DNA from: Takakia lepidozioides
Taxonomy: Eukaryota; Plantae; Bryophyta
DNA: 64,000 nucleotides
NCBI GenBank assembly: GCA_030704615.1
Contig: CM060734.1
Span: 29,326,001 to 29,390,000 of the forward strand
Direction of reading: 5' to 3'
In this document: positions 23,178 to 36,449 of the stretch, piece by piece
Layout of the letters: every line of letters starts with the position of its first letter
How positions within the stretch are numbered: the stretch's first letter is position 1
Made by a program: the position numbers and the translations under genes
The notes under the pieces: generated by a model
What the model saw: the letters and a program-made list of their open reading frames with translations, nothing else
Databases searched by the model: none
What the model was told of the DNA's origin: nothing

Positions 23178-25262
23178 TTCCTTGCGATTGAGATCTTGGC
23201 ATTGTTCAAGATCTTTCTCAATTGGAGCTCATCCTCCCAGATATCAAGGCACTTCATGTACTCTTCCATTGCTTCCTGGTCCGAGTATAGACCTTCATCC
23301 TCCTCCTCATCAGTGTCTTCAGTAGAGTGGGAACTCATACTGTCGTTCATGTCTGATTCACAATCAGATCGCCCATCTTCATCCATTGGCGTCAATAGGC
23401 TTTGATTGATGCGGAGACCCTGTGTTTGTTCCAGTGTCATTACCTCCGTCTTGAGCTTAGTATCATCAGCCAAGGGTTCCACAGCCAAGTTTTTGCAGAA
23501 CTCATGGAAGTTGCCAATCGTTGGCTTTACTTGGTTCATGGTGTGAAGTGGAAAGTAAGCCACATTTAAACCAGGCCCATACCTGACTCGTAATGTTTAT
23601 GTTTCCGTATCAACTGCTGCTCCGAACTTCTTCAAGAAGTCTAATCCAAGGAGCATGTTGTATGTGTCACTATTCACTACCATGAAGCTGATTCTGTTAG
23701 TCAGTTTTCCCACTGTAACCTTCAGATTGTCGAGTACCCCCATTGTTGTTTCTACAGCACCTGAAGCTACCCTATATGACATATCTCGATCTGTCAATAC
23801 ACAGCTCATGAGTCCTAAAGCCCTCACCGTGGTCGCTGCTATCACAGATATCATTGCTCCTGTGTATATCTGGCCCATCACTTGGAAGTTTCCAATGGTG
23901 ACCAATGCATGTAAAGCCTTCACTTTGGCATTGAAAGCATAAGATATGGCTTCAAGTTCCTTGTTACTAGTTTCAGGTGTCAGTTTTACCTCTTGTTGAA
24001 CACGGTTGGCTGGAAAAGCACTCATCTTGCTCTTTTCCACTACCTTGACCAAGCTCTTTAGTTTCTCGAATTCTCCTGGCACTTGCATGGTGACCTCCAT
24101 CGGTGACATGGATATGCGTCCCTTGTAGAAATGATTCAGTATTTTTGATCTTCCTGTCTCTGGTTCTGGGTATTTCTCAGACCGTCTTGGGAAGAGGAAT
24201 TGCCCCGAAGCTCTTGTTTGTTCCTCCGGTAGCTCCTCTTGTGATGAAGCCATTTCTTCACCTAGTGAACTAGGTCCTCCTTTCGCATTGGGTGTAGGCA
24301 CCGGTGTTCTCACTCTGGGGAGCCGACGTATCTCTTTGATTTCGTGATGTGCCATCAGTTGATTCAACTGTTCCAGGACTGCCTCCTCATCATCACACAT
24401 AATTTCAAGCAGATTGTTAGAAGGTAATGCATTACCACCTTGTTCTACAGTCTGGTTCGAAATGTCCTAGAACCTTGCAAAAGGTACATCTAATTCCACA
24501 AGTTTATGTCCAGTGACCATACTGATTGCATTTTGCACATTTCACTGGAATCTACAGGTGATTACCAGAACCTTCAGTGTACACATTCTTCTTTTCAAAG
24601 AACTTGCTTACTGTTAGATTTAAAGCATCTAGACGTTTATCAACGGGCCCAGTCACTAAAACCTCTCCTACGTCCTCTCCTTCCATGGGTTCGAAGGGCG
24701 TTTCTCTAATCTTAGATAAGCCACGTTCCACTTGTATGGCAGTCTCCACTGCTTCATCAACACTTTGAAATCTGGTTCCTAGCATAAGCTTCATTATCTC
24801 ATGCCTAAGACCCCCCATAAACCTTCGACTTTGTTCTAACTCAGGAATTTGTCCTTTAACAAACAGTCGGTTCAATCGGTCAAAGTAAGCCTGAACCCTT
24901 TGTTTTGGCTCCTGCCTTACCTCATCCAACTTCATTTTCAACTCCGCTATCCACATGTCCAAACTTTGCCAACATGGCCACTTGTAAATTATCCCAGTCT
25001 ACTAGCTTCGGGTTCTGACGCCTATACCAGTCATCTGCTTTACCTTTGAGGTTCAACCTTGCCACCTTGAATATCTTGTCATCTGATAAATCTCTTACAT
25101 CACCTGCCATCTGTAATTTTTCTATCCAATCCACCACATCCTCTGATTTACCACAGTAGGGAGCCTCGGCCCCTGATGGACTAGACATCTTTCTATGTAT
25201 TCTTACTTCAAGTCACTGTTAGTCTTTCTTCATCCTTACTTCATACTACATCCTAGTTCCTC

Positions 25263-26375
25263 GTGTTAGCTGTCCAGATCCCATCTTGGATTACTTCTTC
25301 TCTACCGTTCACTGTCACTCTTCTCGGCATAGCGGACACCATTACTCATGCATATGCTATTCTAGTCCACAATACCACTGTAACCCTATTTCCAGTATGT
25401 ATGACTCGTACACAGAGGTCTCCATTATGCGCTCTTGACGATTGATGGTAAAATGCTGGCCTCGGATTAGTGTATGGTGTTTGATCTACACTACATGAAA
25501 TTAAAACATCTCCTATTTCTGGATGGACAGGTACTATTGCCCGATCCGAACCTGGCATGTTTCTCCAGCCCGATCAGTGCCTAATAATGCCTCTCAATGG
25601 GTTCTTGTATGACAAGATCTCACGTTTTGTGACCATCCACTCTCTACCTCTACCGATCGTGTCTATCATTTCCCACACTAGCATTCTAGATTTGTAACCT
25701 TGGTGCTCCAAACGGATGAGCACGTCTCCTTCCTTGAACTCTACGACTTGTCCAGTGGTCCATAAACTATATCTAATATTACCCGTTGGCCTAAGATCTA
25801 CAAAGATGTCTCCGGGTTCCGGAAGCCTATGAAGCGATGTTAGCTCAGGATCCCCATCTTCTAGTGTATGCTCTACTGGCTGATTCCTAAGTTCAGATTC
25901 ATCGTCTGAAATGGACTGATCGGACATGACTGGTATGATTTATCGCATCATGGCCTGCATCAACCCAAGTATTTTGGTCATGACACAGTATCCATGCTTT
26001 AGCATACGTCCCTCCTCCCGTGTGCACGATACGAATTGCTATGTCCCCTGGCATACAGTAAAAGGACAACGGATTCATACCTGCAAGAGAGATTCGACCA
26101 AAACTCTCTATACGTACAACCAAATCACCAATATCAGGCCCTTGAGTTGTGTAATTAGAGCTGTGCATCCATTGTGCTACCAAATCGCCAGCTCTTTCTT
26201 CCGCCAGCTTGTACTTGTTATGGCCGCGATCACCAGCTCCGATACAAAAAATGGGGGCCCTGTAACAACCCACCAGTATAACTCTTCCCGTTCCCTCTTG
26301 ATCATACAACTTGTTAGTCCGGTTTCGATGCTACATGAAGCCGCAGCGGAAGCAGGAAAACATCATGACACCTAG
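25263..26375 (-). CDS. Accessory ORF cluster upstream of gag with a repeated PxxGDhh motif; function unknown
   Basis: PDIGDLVVRI, MPGDIAIRIVHTG, PEPGDIFVDL, KEGDVLIRL, PEIGDVLISC, NGDLCVRVIHTG across three successive ORFs. Confidence 0.55.
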
Positions 26376-27156
26376 ACTAGACTATCTTATGCTTGGTCTT
26401 CCTCTTACTTGTTCCCTTCTACCTCTATAATTCATTCCCCAGCCATTGGCCGATGTTCAATAAAGATATCTTGACCCCACTCCGAGTTCTCGTCGATGGC
26501 ACCCGCACCCCTTTATCTTGTCGGATCTGGATCACCACTATCACGCTTTGTTATCAATGACATATGCCTTGTATCCTACGATGGTTTCACCTCACTAAGT
26601 CCCTTAACTATTACATGACGTATTCTCTCGGTACTGATTGTGTGCAACTGCAATGTTCCTCTCTTGGTTTTCCTCTATCTCTCCAGCCTCCCTCTATCAG
26701 TTCGGCCCGTCGCTATCACTCCGTTACATCCCTCTTCCTACACTTGAGCTTCCCGTTCGTGTGGCTCACTCCCTGCGTATCAGCGTCACAGTGAGCTAAA
26801 ACCAAGTTGGCATGATGGCCTTCAGTCAAACATGAGTTCTCACACTTCACTTCCATAATATGAACTTCCTTTCTCTCTCTTAACAGTGGATCGTAAATGA
26901 TCGAGACTTGAGCTTTGTACTTCAGCTGAATCTCTTTATATCAACAGGACGGCCAGATGGTCGCCATGCATCAACAGAATGTCTTTGTTTGCCATCATTC
27001 TTCACTAATCTACTCACTAACCCCAAACATAGTGCCTTCTCCGTGCTAAGTGTTCTTCTCTTGTCGCCATAACTCAGATCGCCACACATCTCTTCCTCTC
27101 TTCTTTCTCTCCTGTCTGTAATCTCTCTAAGACTGACTACTTTTTTTTTTCAGTCT

Positions 27157-27899
27157 CTCTCGATACCAGGTCTTGTACCCTTCTGCAATTCCTAGATTAG
27201 GCCTGCTTCTCGTAACCGATCTGATTCTAATCATCGCCCAACAATTATTATAGTACTAAGTGCACATCCTTCCCTAGATGTGCCTGCACGCAAAACACTT
27301 AAATATTAGGACATATGGCCTTCAATTAAGTCGAGATAATATCAGAAGGACCCAAAACTTGATTATAATCTCCACTTAGTCACATATTATACGGTCTAAG
27401 GCGACGGCGACCCAGCAGTTGATCGAAGTCTCATCAATGCTCTGCATGCTGTTATTGGTTTATATGAGCGTTCGCAATCCTAAGACTTACTCCATGTGGC
27501 TACATGGCCATACTTACCATGTTAACCACATATTCCACAACATTTGCCTTAACAGAACATAACATATGCCATAACATAAAGCAATTCTGTCCGCCCTTCG
27601 TTTATCATTCATCCAAATCCTCATCCTTTGTACATAGGCAAAATACTGGCCTTCCGCTCCCTTGAACGCGCGCCAGTGCTCGTTTCTCATCCATCCATTT
27701 CCAGTCAAAGTCTCCACTTCACATCCTTATCTTCATTCATCACCTGATTCGTGCCTCTATCCTTGCTTTATCTTCATCACTCCTTCATCATCTTGCTACC
27801 ATTCATCCGGTTTACCCTAAGTTCTCTCTTAATGTTTCAAGTGTTGCGCACCTTTGCCAAAATACATGGGCGCAACCCTTCACCAATTTTACCCTTACA
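27157..27899 (-). repeat. Putative 5' LTR (27899-27174, TG...CA) and tRNA-Met-like PBS (27168-27157) of Gypsy 1
   Basis: Minus strand reads TGTAAGGG...GGGTACA-agacc-TGGTATCGAGAG. No second LTR is available for confirmation. Confidence 0.55.
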
Positions 27900-30800
27900 G
27901 GGTAAACCACTGTGTAAAAATACTCGGGTTGGAGTAGTAGCACATACTAGAAAGTAGAACTGCATACTGGCCAAACACTGTTTAGCATTGAGGGGACATG
28001 GGACAGGAATTTGAGAGCACAGAGAACGCGAGCATGGAAGCAACGTGAAGAAAGGTTGAGGTGAGCATGAATGAATAAAACCAGATGACATAGTGGATAG
28101 TGTGCTGATAGTGTGCTGAATAGTGTGCTGCCCAGATAGTGGAGTTACCGGAGTTGGGGGTGAGCTGAAACCTGGGCCAGCCCAGACAAAGCCACCCAGC
28201 AACAACAGGCCTGGCATAGGATCTGTTAATTACGGTGTCATGAGCTGCATTTTCGCATTGGACTGACTTTCTATGAAAGAGAGGGAAGGGGAGGTGGGAT
28301 TTGGGAGTAAGAAGCAATTGTTGAGAGATTTGAGCGGGTGAGGACAGGTATTACCTGGTAGCAGGTCATGTTGGAGGTTAGGAGAAAAATACCAGCACCC
28401 TTTCAGGCCATTGACCACTTGTATAAGGGAGCAAGCAGCAGAAAACTTAGCCGGTGCGTGTCGGAACCGAGCTCCTGCGTTGAGGTGCTTTGGTGGATCA
28501 CTTGGCCATGGGGGAAGTTGGGGAACTTTAATGTCGTTGGACTTAGCTTCAGCCTGGCAGGTCCACAGGCAGATCAGCCCAGACTCAGTTCTCCTTGGCC
28601 CTTCCGCTGAGAACATGTGTCCATTCAGGCCAAGCTTTCGGAATGCAGGGTGGGGGCACACCCCATCCAGTACAGCATGGGAAGTACTACTGACATCCGT
28701 GTTGGTGTGGGCAAACAACACATCAGGTGTAAAATTCTGCAGATCAAGTTCTGCCTTGTTCTCTGTTTTGACCGAGCTAGCAGCATGCAAGTTTGGTCTG
28801 TCATCCAAATCTGCTGAGTTTACTGACTGCACTGGCGTCCACTTGTGTCTGATACCTGATTCAGAGGTTGAAGCATCGAGGGTAAACTCCAGCTTGAAGG
28901 GGAGAGGGCCTTTCATGTAGTGTGCATATCGCCACTTTGGTGCGTCATCTTTCCCTTTAAACGAGGCCTATGTAGACTGGGCATCAATGGTCTGCCGTGC
29001 AGATTGGCAGATCTTGCCCTGCGGAGGGCAGCGCCAGTTTCATCAAGAGATCTGCGGAGAGAATATGCAACATGACCTGCAATCTTCCATGGTGTGGTAG
29101 TGTGTTGCCCAAGTGCTGGAGGGGGATTCCTGTGACTAACTCCCCGGATCATAACACCTGACATTTGTCCTATAGAGTTCAGATAGTGCATAGCAAGATC
29201 TAGCTTCATTACCTCCTTCAGATTGCAGGTCGAGCTTGGCACATCAGGGCCCTGAGATCCTAGTAAATTGCCACCAACTGGGGCGGAATGATGATGCTGG
29301 GGAGGCCAGGTGCAAGTTGGCACACTTAGGGCGTCACATCTAAGATGTTGAATCCAAACCTCGTTGCACAGTCCAGCAGGGGAGTCTCTTGCGATGTACT
29401 CATCAGCAGCGCATCTCTCCAGCTGCGGTTGTCATAAGTTGCGCTTGTCGGGATGGTCATGGGCAGCAGGCAGCAACGTTGTGGGTGACGAGCTACCGAT
29501 GTTGAAGAGAGGAGCAGCATATCCTGCCGTGGGGGTGGCTACGCAATTTCCACCAACAGATCTATGAAGAAAGTGTACAGCCTGATCTGCTGTCATTAAT
29601 GATGCATCTGTTTTATGAACAAGTGTGGGAAGGGGATTTCTACAGCTATCTTTCCAGGTCATGACACCTGACAATTGACCTGCAGAGTTGAGATGGTACA
29701 TAGTAAGATCTTGCCGAGTCTCCTTCAGCTTGCCTACCGAGCCTGACGGCGCCTGGCCAGGAAACTCTGATAATTTGCCATCGCATGATACGAAATGTCG
29801 TTGTTGGAGAAGCCAGGTGCTGGAAATGGTGCCATCCACGATGCTGCGCTGCTTGAGAGAGAGAGTCGCTCGCAGCAGCTTGCTTGGGCAGGCTGCTTGG
29901 GCAGCTTCTCTGTATGAAGATCTGTAGCGCCAGCATAGCTCGGTTGCCCTTACTGACGGAGTGCCCAAGCAGCTTGCTTGAATGCCCGCAATTTGGGTAT
30001 GGGACCAGCATAGACAGTAGTAGCCCATGATCTATCACAAAGGGGGTGAAGTATCTTACAGTCCGCTGGCTTGTTACCACTCTCACTGTTGCACAATAAT
30101 CAGGGACGTACGCGCAAACGCCGTTGAGGGGGGAAGTCATCCTCGTGTGCGGGTGGACTATGCTAGTTACGTCGCCTCGCAGGGCTTTGATGGTTGTGTC
30201 GGTCTGGCATGCCAACAAATATACTGCCTGCCTGTTTGCTGCTAAGCTCACTAATGTATAATCACCGAGGTACATGTAAACGCCTTTGAGGGGGGTGGTC
30301 AACCTTGTGTGCGGGCAAGCTGTGATAGTTACATTGGCTCGCAAGGCTTTATTGGATGTGAGGGCCTGGCATGTCCGCATGTCTGGTGGTTCCATTACGC
30401 GCCACCTTGAGCCAGCCGCTGCAGAGTGAAGCGACCACATCCGTGGCCAACACACTGCCTGCAGGGAGCATGCATTCTTAAGCAGGGGGTGGTTGGGAGT
30501 TACGGTGAATACCCGAGGGCGCGCAGCGGAAGCACAGGATGTAGAGAAGAGGGCAAGTGTAATGATGATGCCGATACCCTTTACGCAGTGATCGCAATGA
30601 GCGCGCAATAGACGAGCCACCCCCCCTCCACCGCACCTTACCACGAAGAGTACGCAGGGCGGGCAAGCCCCCCTTGAAACGCAACCTCTCCGAACGGAAG
30701 GGGATAGGGGCCTGATTCGTGAGAGTAACGCAGGTCTTGATGTAGCTCCAGCAGAGAACCCAAAACGGGTACCATAGACTCGAAAGGGAGCCACACATAT

Positions 30801-31252
30801 AAAAAAGAAGCCACCACGGCTGATGGAGAGACTGTATTAGCATGCATAAGGGCCCAAGAGCGGAGAACCGTTGAGTATCAAAGTCGTGGTAGGGGGAGGC
30901 AAGCGTGTCCTTGTATTGAGCGGCTGTTGAGGAGAGTAGTAGATCACGTCGCTCCGGTTGGAAGCTCGAGTTGGAGTTTTGGTGAGTGTATGTTGGCAAA
31001 ACCCACTCTGAAAACGCCATGTGAGAGCTTAAATGAAGCGCACTAGAGCAGCAGTGGGGGGTGTTGCTAGAGCAGGAGGAGAGGCGGCAAGACCGCCTCG
31101 CGAGAGCACCATGAACGGGACAAGAATCCATGGCGGCGGCCATGGCCAAATGTAGAGAACCGGGCAGAGTAGCGGCAAAGTTAAACATGAGAGCTAAAAA
31201 GACAAGAGAACTAAAAATTTGGCGGAACCCTATGCAGATAGATATGGTGGGC

Positions 31253-33610
31253 CTAAGCAGAAGTGCTCACTCGCTTCCTCACCAATGATGCCTTAAGAGC
31301 GTGGCGGACTGTGGGCGCCATGGCTATGAGTTGTGCAAACGTAATGTTTGCTTTAATATGGCGAAGATCCTCCATTAGATTGTACGGTTCCAGCTCGTAT
31401 GTGAACCGCATAGTTGAAAGCATCCCCCTACGGGAAAGCTTTTCTGGTGCCGCCGGCCGATTCGCCGGACTCTTCGCTCTTGATTCAGGGGGTCGAGAAA
31501 TGGTTGGTCGGACTATTGGAGGTTCTGCCTCTGCGAATGCTATCTCCTTTTCTTTGGGATGGATGTCTTCCTCCTCCCGAAGCACAATCTCCGCCACCTT
31601 CCATGTCTATGACTTCATTACTATGAAGTTCAGATCCTCCCGTTCCGATGTGGATGTGGCTGACTCCGACGCCTCATACCCAGGGCCTTTCCCTAGCGTA
31701 TCTCGTTGTTGTTGGGTCATCACTGCGTAGCTACCTTTTCTGGGGCTAGCTGTCGCTTGGTGCTGCGTCTCTTGAGGGCGCGTTGTATCATTGGGTTGTA
31801 CGTTGGTCTGCTGTTGCTGAGGCGGCGCCGAGGTAGACGCTTGATGTCCTCTCTGCACCCTTACATCCTGAGGGGGAGACCACGTGTTAGAAGAACCCTG
31901 GGCTATCTGAGCCGCAGGATTTGAATAAGCTGCTCGGGCAGCCTGTCCCTGAGCGGCATTGCCCCCTGAGTATGATGGACATGCCTGATCCGGCCTAGGT
32001 CGTTGTGCTATCTGCGTTGGGGTAGCAAAATACATGCTATGTTGTTGCGGTAGAGGGTTGGGTGGTTCAGTTACATACTGATCCGGGAATGGGGCTCGTT
32101 GCCCTTCCAAATTCCTCTCTACTTGCTGGATGGTGGCAGGGGGCCGGTCGGTCCACCTGCCTCTGGGAACATCTCTCCAAGGGATGGCCTCTTTGGCCGC
32201 AATGCAAACATACTATATCACTCCAACAGTCTTCTGTTGGGTGAGTGGTTCTGCCACATTTTTGACAACCTTTCCTGGATTGACTGAATTGTCGTTTTGA
32301 TCTATCTTGATAAGTCGGGTTTCGGCTTACCTGCCTCTCCCGGGTGGGATAAGGACAATGTTGAGCAGCATGCCTAGGACCGTCGCAGTTGGAGCACCAT
32401 ACCTTTGCTGGGTTGGGGCCGGATTCTCCTACTGGAGCAACATCTCGATACCCCACGTAGCTGGTGATCTGTTGGCCGATGGAGCTCATGCGATCGCCCA
32501 TTGTTTCGATGGTTTTGATGAGAGAGGTGACTTGCGCCTCCAAATGGCCCACCCATGAATCAAACTGCCCAGTGGAATCTGCATACGAGTTAGTAGGGGC
32601 AGCATTCGTATACTGTGGCACGGTCGGTGCTACTGCTGGTGTAGGGGACGTCGCCGGGGGTGTATGGCCGTGCTCCTCCTACATATGACGGCGTATAGTA
32701 ATAAGAGGGTTGGATCACCGCTAATGGCGTCGGTTCCTGCGTGGGCTCGATTGTAATGTATGATGGAAGTGCAAAGTCGGGCATCTTGGCCCGTTGTACC
32801 TAGCGATGCATGTTGTCGAACTCTTTGCCGGCTTGTATGGCATCTACCCGTGTTGCAGGTCTTTGCCGCAAAACATGGAAGTGAGTGGTCTCTCGTAATC
32901 CACTCAGAAAACAATCCTTCAGTACCCCATCATCTAGGGGGGTTAAAGGGTTTTGGAGTCGCATCAACACCCGAAATTGCATTTCAAAGTCCGCTACCTC
33001 CTCTGTGGAGCCTTGGCGGATCCTGGCCAGTGCCATCAAGACACTGGTGAACTGGTGGACCGCTCGAAAATGATCTAAAAATGCGTCCTGAATCTGCTGC
33101 CAAGTGACGAATGTACCTGGCACCTGTTGCCAATACCAAGTGGACGCCCTACCCCTCATGGTCGTGGGAAACCATATCAACCAATAGGCATCGTTTAACG
33201 CTTGGTTAGAATAGCAACACTGAATAAAGCTTTTCACATGATACTCTGGGTTTTCATGTGCTTCCCCGGAAACCAAGGCAAATGCCTGGGTAGCGTTAAC
33301 GGGGGCAGGCCTGCTGTGACACTAACGACGGCGAAGGGCTCCTTGACCTGGCCGGTGGTGTATAAGGGGGACTAGATACAGGGGAAACCACTCGTGAACA
33401 CTCGATCTCTGAAGAGCTATCAGTGTTCTCTCCTTCCCACTCTATCTTACCCAAACTTCTAGTTTCTGAGTCTGATTGTGGACTCAATGCTGGGTGTTTC
33501 CCTAGCGGTTGATCTCTGATGGCTTCTCGAGCCAGTCTCCTTTGCAACCTAGTATCAAAGGATATGCTATCCAAGCTTGGGAGTGTGGCTCTTGATCCTG
33601 AGCTAGACAT
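31253..33610 (-). pseudogene. gag: gag, frameshifted into several ORFs
   Basis: Retrotransposon gag core in 32800..33276 and zinc knuckles in 32067..32621. Confidence 0.9.
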
Positions 33611-35481
33611 AACTCACCGCTGTGCTGATGAGGATTCTCCTACCTCAGCCTGTACTAAAGGACCTATATTACCTTGAACAACCATGTCAAGAATAAACGA
33701 GGTCAGATTTAAATACCTTTCATGGAACCTTGGCGATGGAGGCACGTCAGTGTGCAATCTATGGTGCATTAAAGGATACCCAATGGGCCACGGTCCTTCA
33801 CAATGCGAGCATTATGATCGGAGTATCAGATGCTGGTATGCGAAGAACTGACAAGACTCACAGTGACTAAAGAAATCAACTTGTCACCTTAGGTGGGCTA
33901 CAAACGACGACCTCGGGTGTAATGCGCCTAAGTAAATGCCTGGACAGGAACAACCCGGGAATACAAATCTATCTGGACACCAGTAAAAAATTCTGAGTGG
34001 TGTCGTCAGGTAGAGTTCGGGTGTTCCAAACTCGTTTGTCGATCCAACGTTTCTTATGCACCTTCTTTTCACCCAGGTACCGAATATATTCTTCAATCCG
34101 TTCTCGGATAGACCGTGGTGTATGGAAGAACCGGTGCCGGATGCGTTTCACTTTTTCATCAAAGGATATCCCAAATGGTGTTCTATGCTGGCTTATCAGT
34201 GACCCACTTCTACACTTGTGTTAGTCCTGTCATAAGCAATCATACCATATAACGGTGCTGGTTTGGTACAATGATGCTCAACCGCACGCCACTATCATAC
34301 TCCTCAGCACTCAAAGCAAATGTGGTCCCCTCTAGTAGGAGTTCCACGAACAAAACCTCTAATCTGACCCCTCGGACGGCTACTGGTGGCAGGATCGTCC
34401 CCTTCCTCCTCCGAGGAAGTGTACTCAGTAGGTCCACTCGGGGCACTCTCTATTGAAGAGGTGGCATGTACCACCCGGGGTGGTAAACGAGGCAACTGCG
34501 CCAAAGGGACTCTCAGACCAAAAGGAAAAACTACTGACTGAACTGGGACCGGTGGTAGTGTCCTACGAGCTACAACATGTGATGCAACAAAAGAACTCTC
34601 TGCTGGCCGATCTCTTGTGCCTAGCAGGGTTAATGAACCAGATGAAATCAACTCACGAATAAGGGCTGATGAGTGTTTCCCCGGTGATAGTACCGAGGAG
34701 GCAAGAATGGTCGGCAGGCCCTCCTCAGGTGGGGGAGGTGCTCACTCTCGACTCCGTCCTCTCCTGGGCTGACTCCAATCAACCAGTCCACGAAAGCGGG
34801 GCGATGTCCGCAAATAGTGCGCCCCACACACTCCCTCAACGGAGCGGAATGCCTAGCGACCCTACTGCGCGTGTACAGCAGGGTGTCGGTGATGGTGCGA
34901 CACAACGCACAACAAGCCAAGTAGGCCACCTGCCACGCAAGATGGACCTCAAGGGCCGAATCAAAATGAATATACGCAAGAAAGGGTGGCTGACAACAGC
35001 CTGGCCAATGAGTGTTGAACCGAAAAAATGTAGCAATAGGGGCCGTCCGGGCTCCGGGGCCTCGGGGTCCAACTCGAGCAGAGATCCAATACTCTCGATA
35101 CTCCTCTGCAATGGTCAGGATGCGTCGTCGCATCAACCTGCAAATCACTGTGGCCTCGGGGCCAGGTACATCTCTAGTCCTGGTGCTGGAAATGATGCGG
35201 TAGAGTCCGATCACCCGGTACTCAAAGGAATGCTCCCGACGAGGGAGTGCCAATGGTGCAGCCATACTGCCACTCAAAATTCTCCATGTGGTTAGCCCTG
35301 TGCTTAACTCAAATGCGAGAAATCTATCTAGATGTACCTAATGGTTCACTCGGTCTTTTCCTGTCCGAGTCAAAACATAAAACGTCAGTTAAAAATGAAA
35401 GAACAAAAATCCCAAAGGAGAATGACAAAGGTCCAATTCTCCTTCTATTCGGAATACAAGGAGTCCTAACTATTCACTTAC

Positions 35482-35499
35482 CTCCCGGCAGACGCACCA
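35482..35499 (-). promoter_or_regulatory. Primer-binding site complementary to the tRNA-Gly 3' end
   Basis: Plus strand CTCCCGGCAGACGCACCA equals the 3' 18 nt of plant tRNA-Gly(UCC) including CCA (recalled sequence). Confidence 0.8.
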
Positions 35500-35503
35500 T
35501 TCA

Positions 35504-36449
35504 TATAACAAGCCCTGAGGGGCGCGCGGTCAGGGTGACGGCATAGTTGTCTAAGGAGGACGTGGTAAGTTGCGGTGTAGGTTGGGCTCACTGAACTGCC
35601 TACCCGACTGCGGTTAGTGCAGGGGGTCCGTGGTCGTACATGGTGGCTATGATCACTATCTAAGTCCTACCGGCAAAGAGAAATCACGTACTCCTCTTCA
35701 CAGGGCGAGTTTGCGTTTCTAAGTCCTACAGTATCCTACAATCTACTCAGTAACTGCATTCCAAGTCTTTGTGTTTTATTGTCTAATTCCTACCGCCTAG
35801 GCCCCCGAGCCGCCTATAGCCGGGACATGTTTTAATCCCTTCACAAGACACCTGCCGAGCCTAGGAAGAAGAGGGAAAATCTTCCTCTCCCAATGCCCTT
35901 CCTTCGCCGAGGGCTTGAGTTCAAGTCACCTCTAATGGAAGGGCCAACGCTTCCTACCCCAGTGCCTAAATACTTTGTTTTAGCAAAGGAGTGGCCAAAA
36001 TGCCTATCGTCATCTAATAGGTTCATCAAGTTCAATAAGGTGGTTCTAAGACCCTCAACTCAACAAGTTCAATCACTTTAATCAACGCCCTGTAGGCTAT
36101 AACGAGCACCACGTGCATCTATCCTATTTAAGCAATTTCGCAAATCAGAAATGCTGGAAAATAAACGAAATTAAGAAAATCAGAAATACCTCCCCTATGG
36201 GAAATCATGTGGGGAATCCAAAGATACCCTTGGCGCCTAAAGATACCCTTGGGAACCCTGTGGGAACCCAATGAGAACCGAGGAACACCCGAGAGCCGTT
36301 CCCTGCCGCGGGGAACTGCTGCGGCTCTATCGGACGAATGAATCTCGCTGAGAGCTCATCCCTGCCACTACATTCGTTAGTCCAGAACATGCATGCGTAA
36401 ATAATAAAATAACCACTGGTGGGTCCAAGCCAAATTTCATCCCCTTACA
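35504..36449 (-). repeat. Putative 5' LTR of element 2
   Basis: Starts TGTAAGGGG on the minus strand, like the Gypsy 1 LTR, and ends 4 nt before the PBS with CA apparently mutated to TA. Confidence 0.45.

Larger units (their letters stand above)
20108..27899 (-). mobile_element. Degenerate Ty3/Gypsy LTR retrotransposon 1 (5' LTR, PBS, upstream ORFs, gag, PR, RT, RNase H; integrase not found)
   Basis: Gag 25188-24510 with a CAKCNQYGHWT*TC knuckle. Protease with the DTG motif mutated to YTG. RT motifs LDLQSRFWQI, MPFGLKNA, FVDD. RNase H motifs FILDVDWS, TDHKPL. Confidence 0.92.
27900..36449 (-). mobile_element. LTR retroelement 2: LTR, tRNA-Gly PBS, upstream ORFs, gag with three CCHC knuckles, no pol, about 3 kb of unknown downstream ORFs
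   Basis: Gag ENPEYHVKSF...FPTTMRGRASTWY...IRQG. Knuckles CSNCDGPRHAAQHC, CQKCGRTTHPTEDC, CLHCGQRGHPLERC. YNLMEDLRHIKANITFAQLI block. No RT or IN motifs downstream. Confidence 0.8.

Noticed and set aside
22099-23942. Plus-strand ORFs overlapping pol
   Set aside because: These are antisense shadows of retrotransposon coding sequence; the same applies to most short ORFs in the track.
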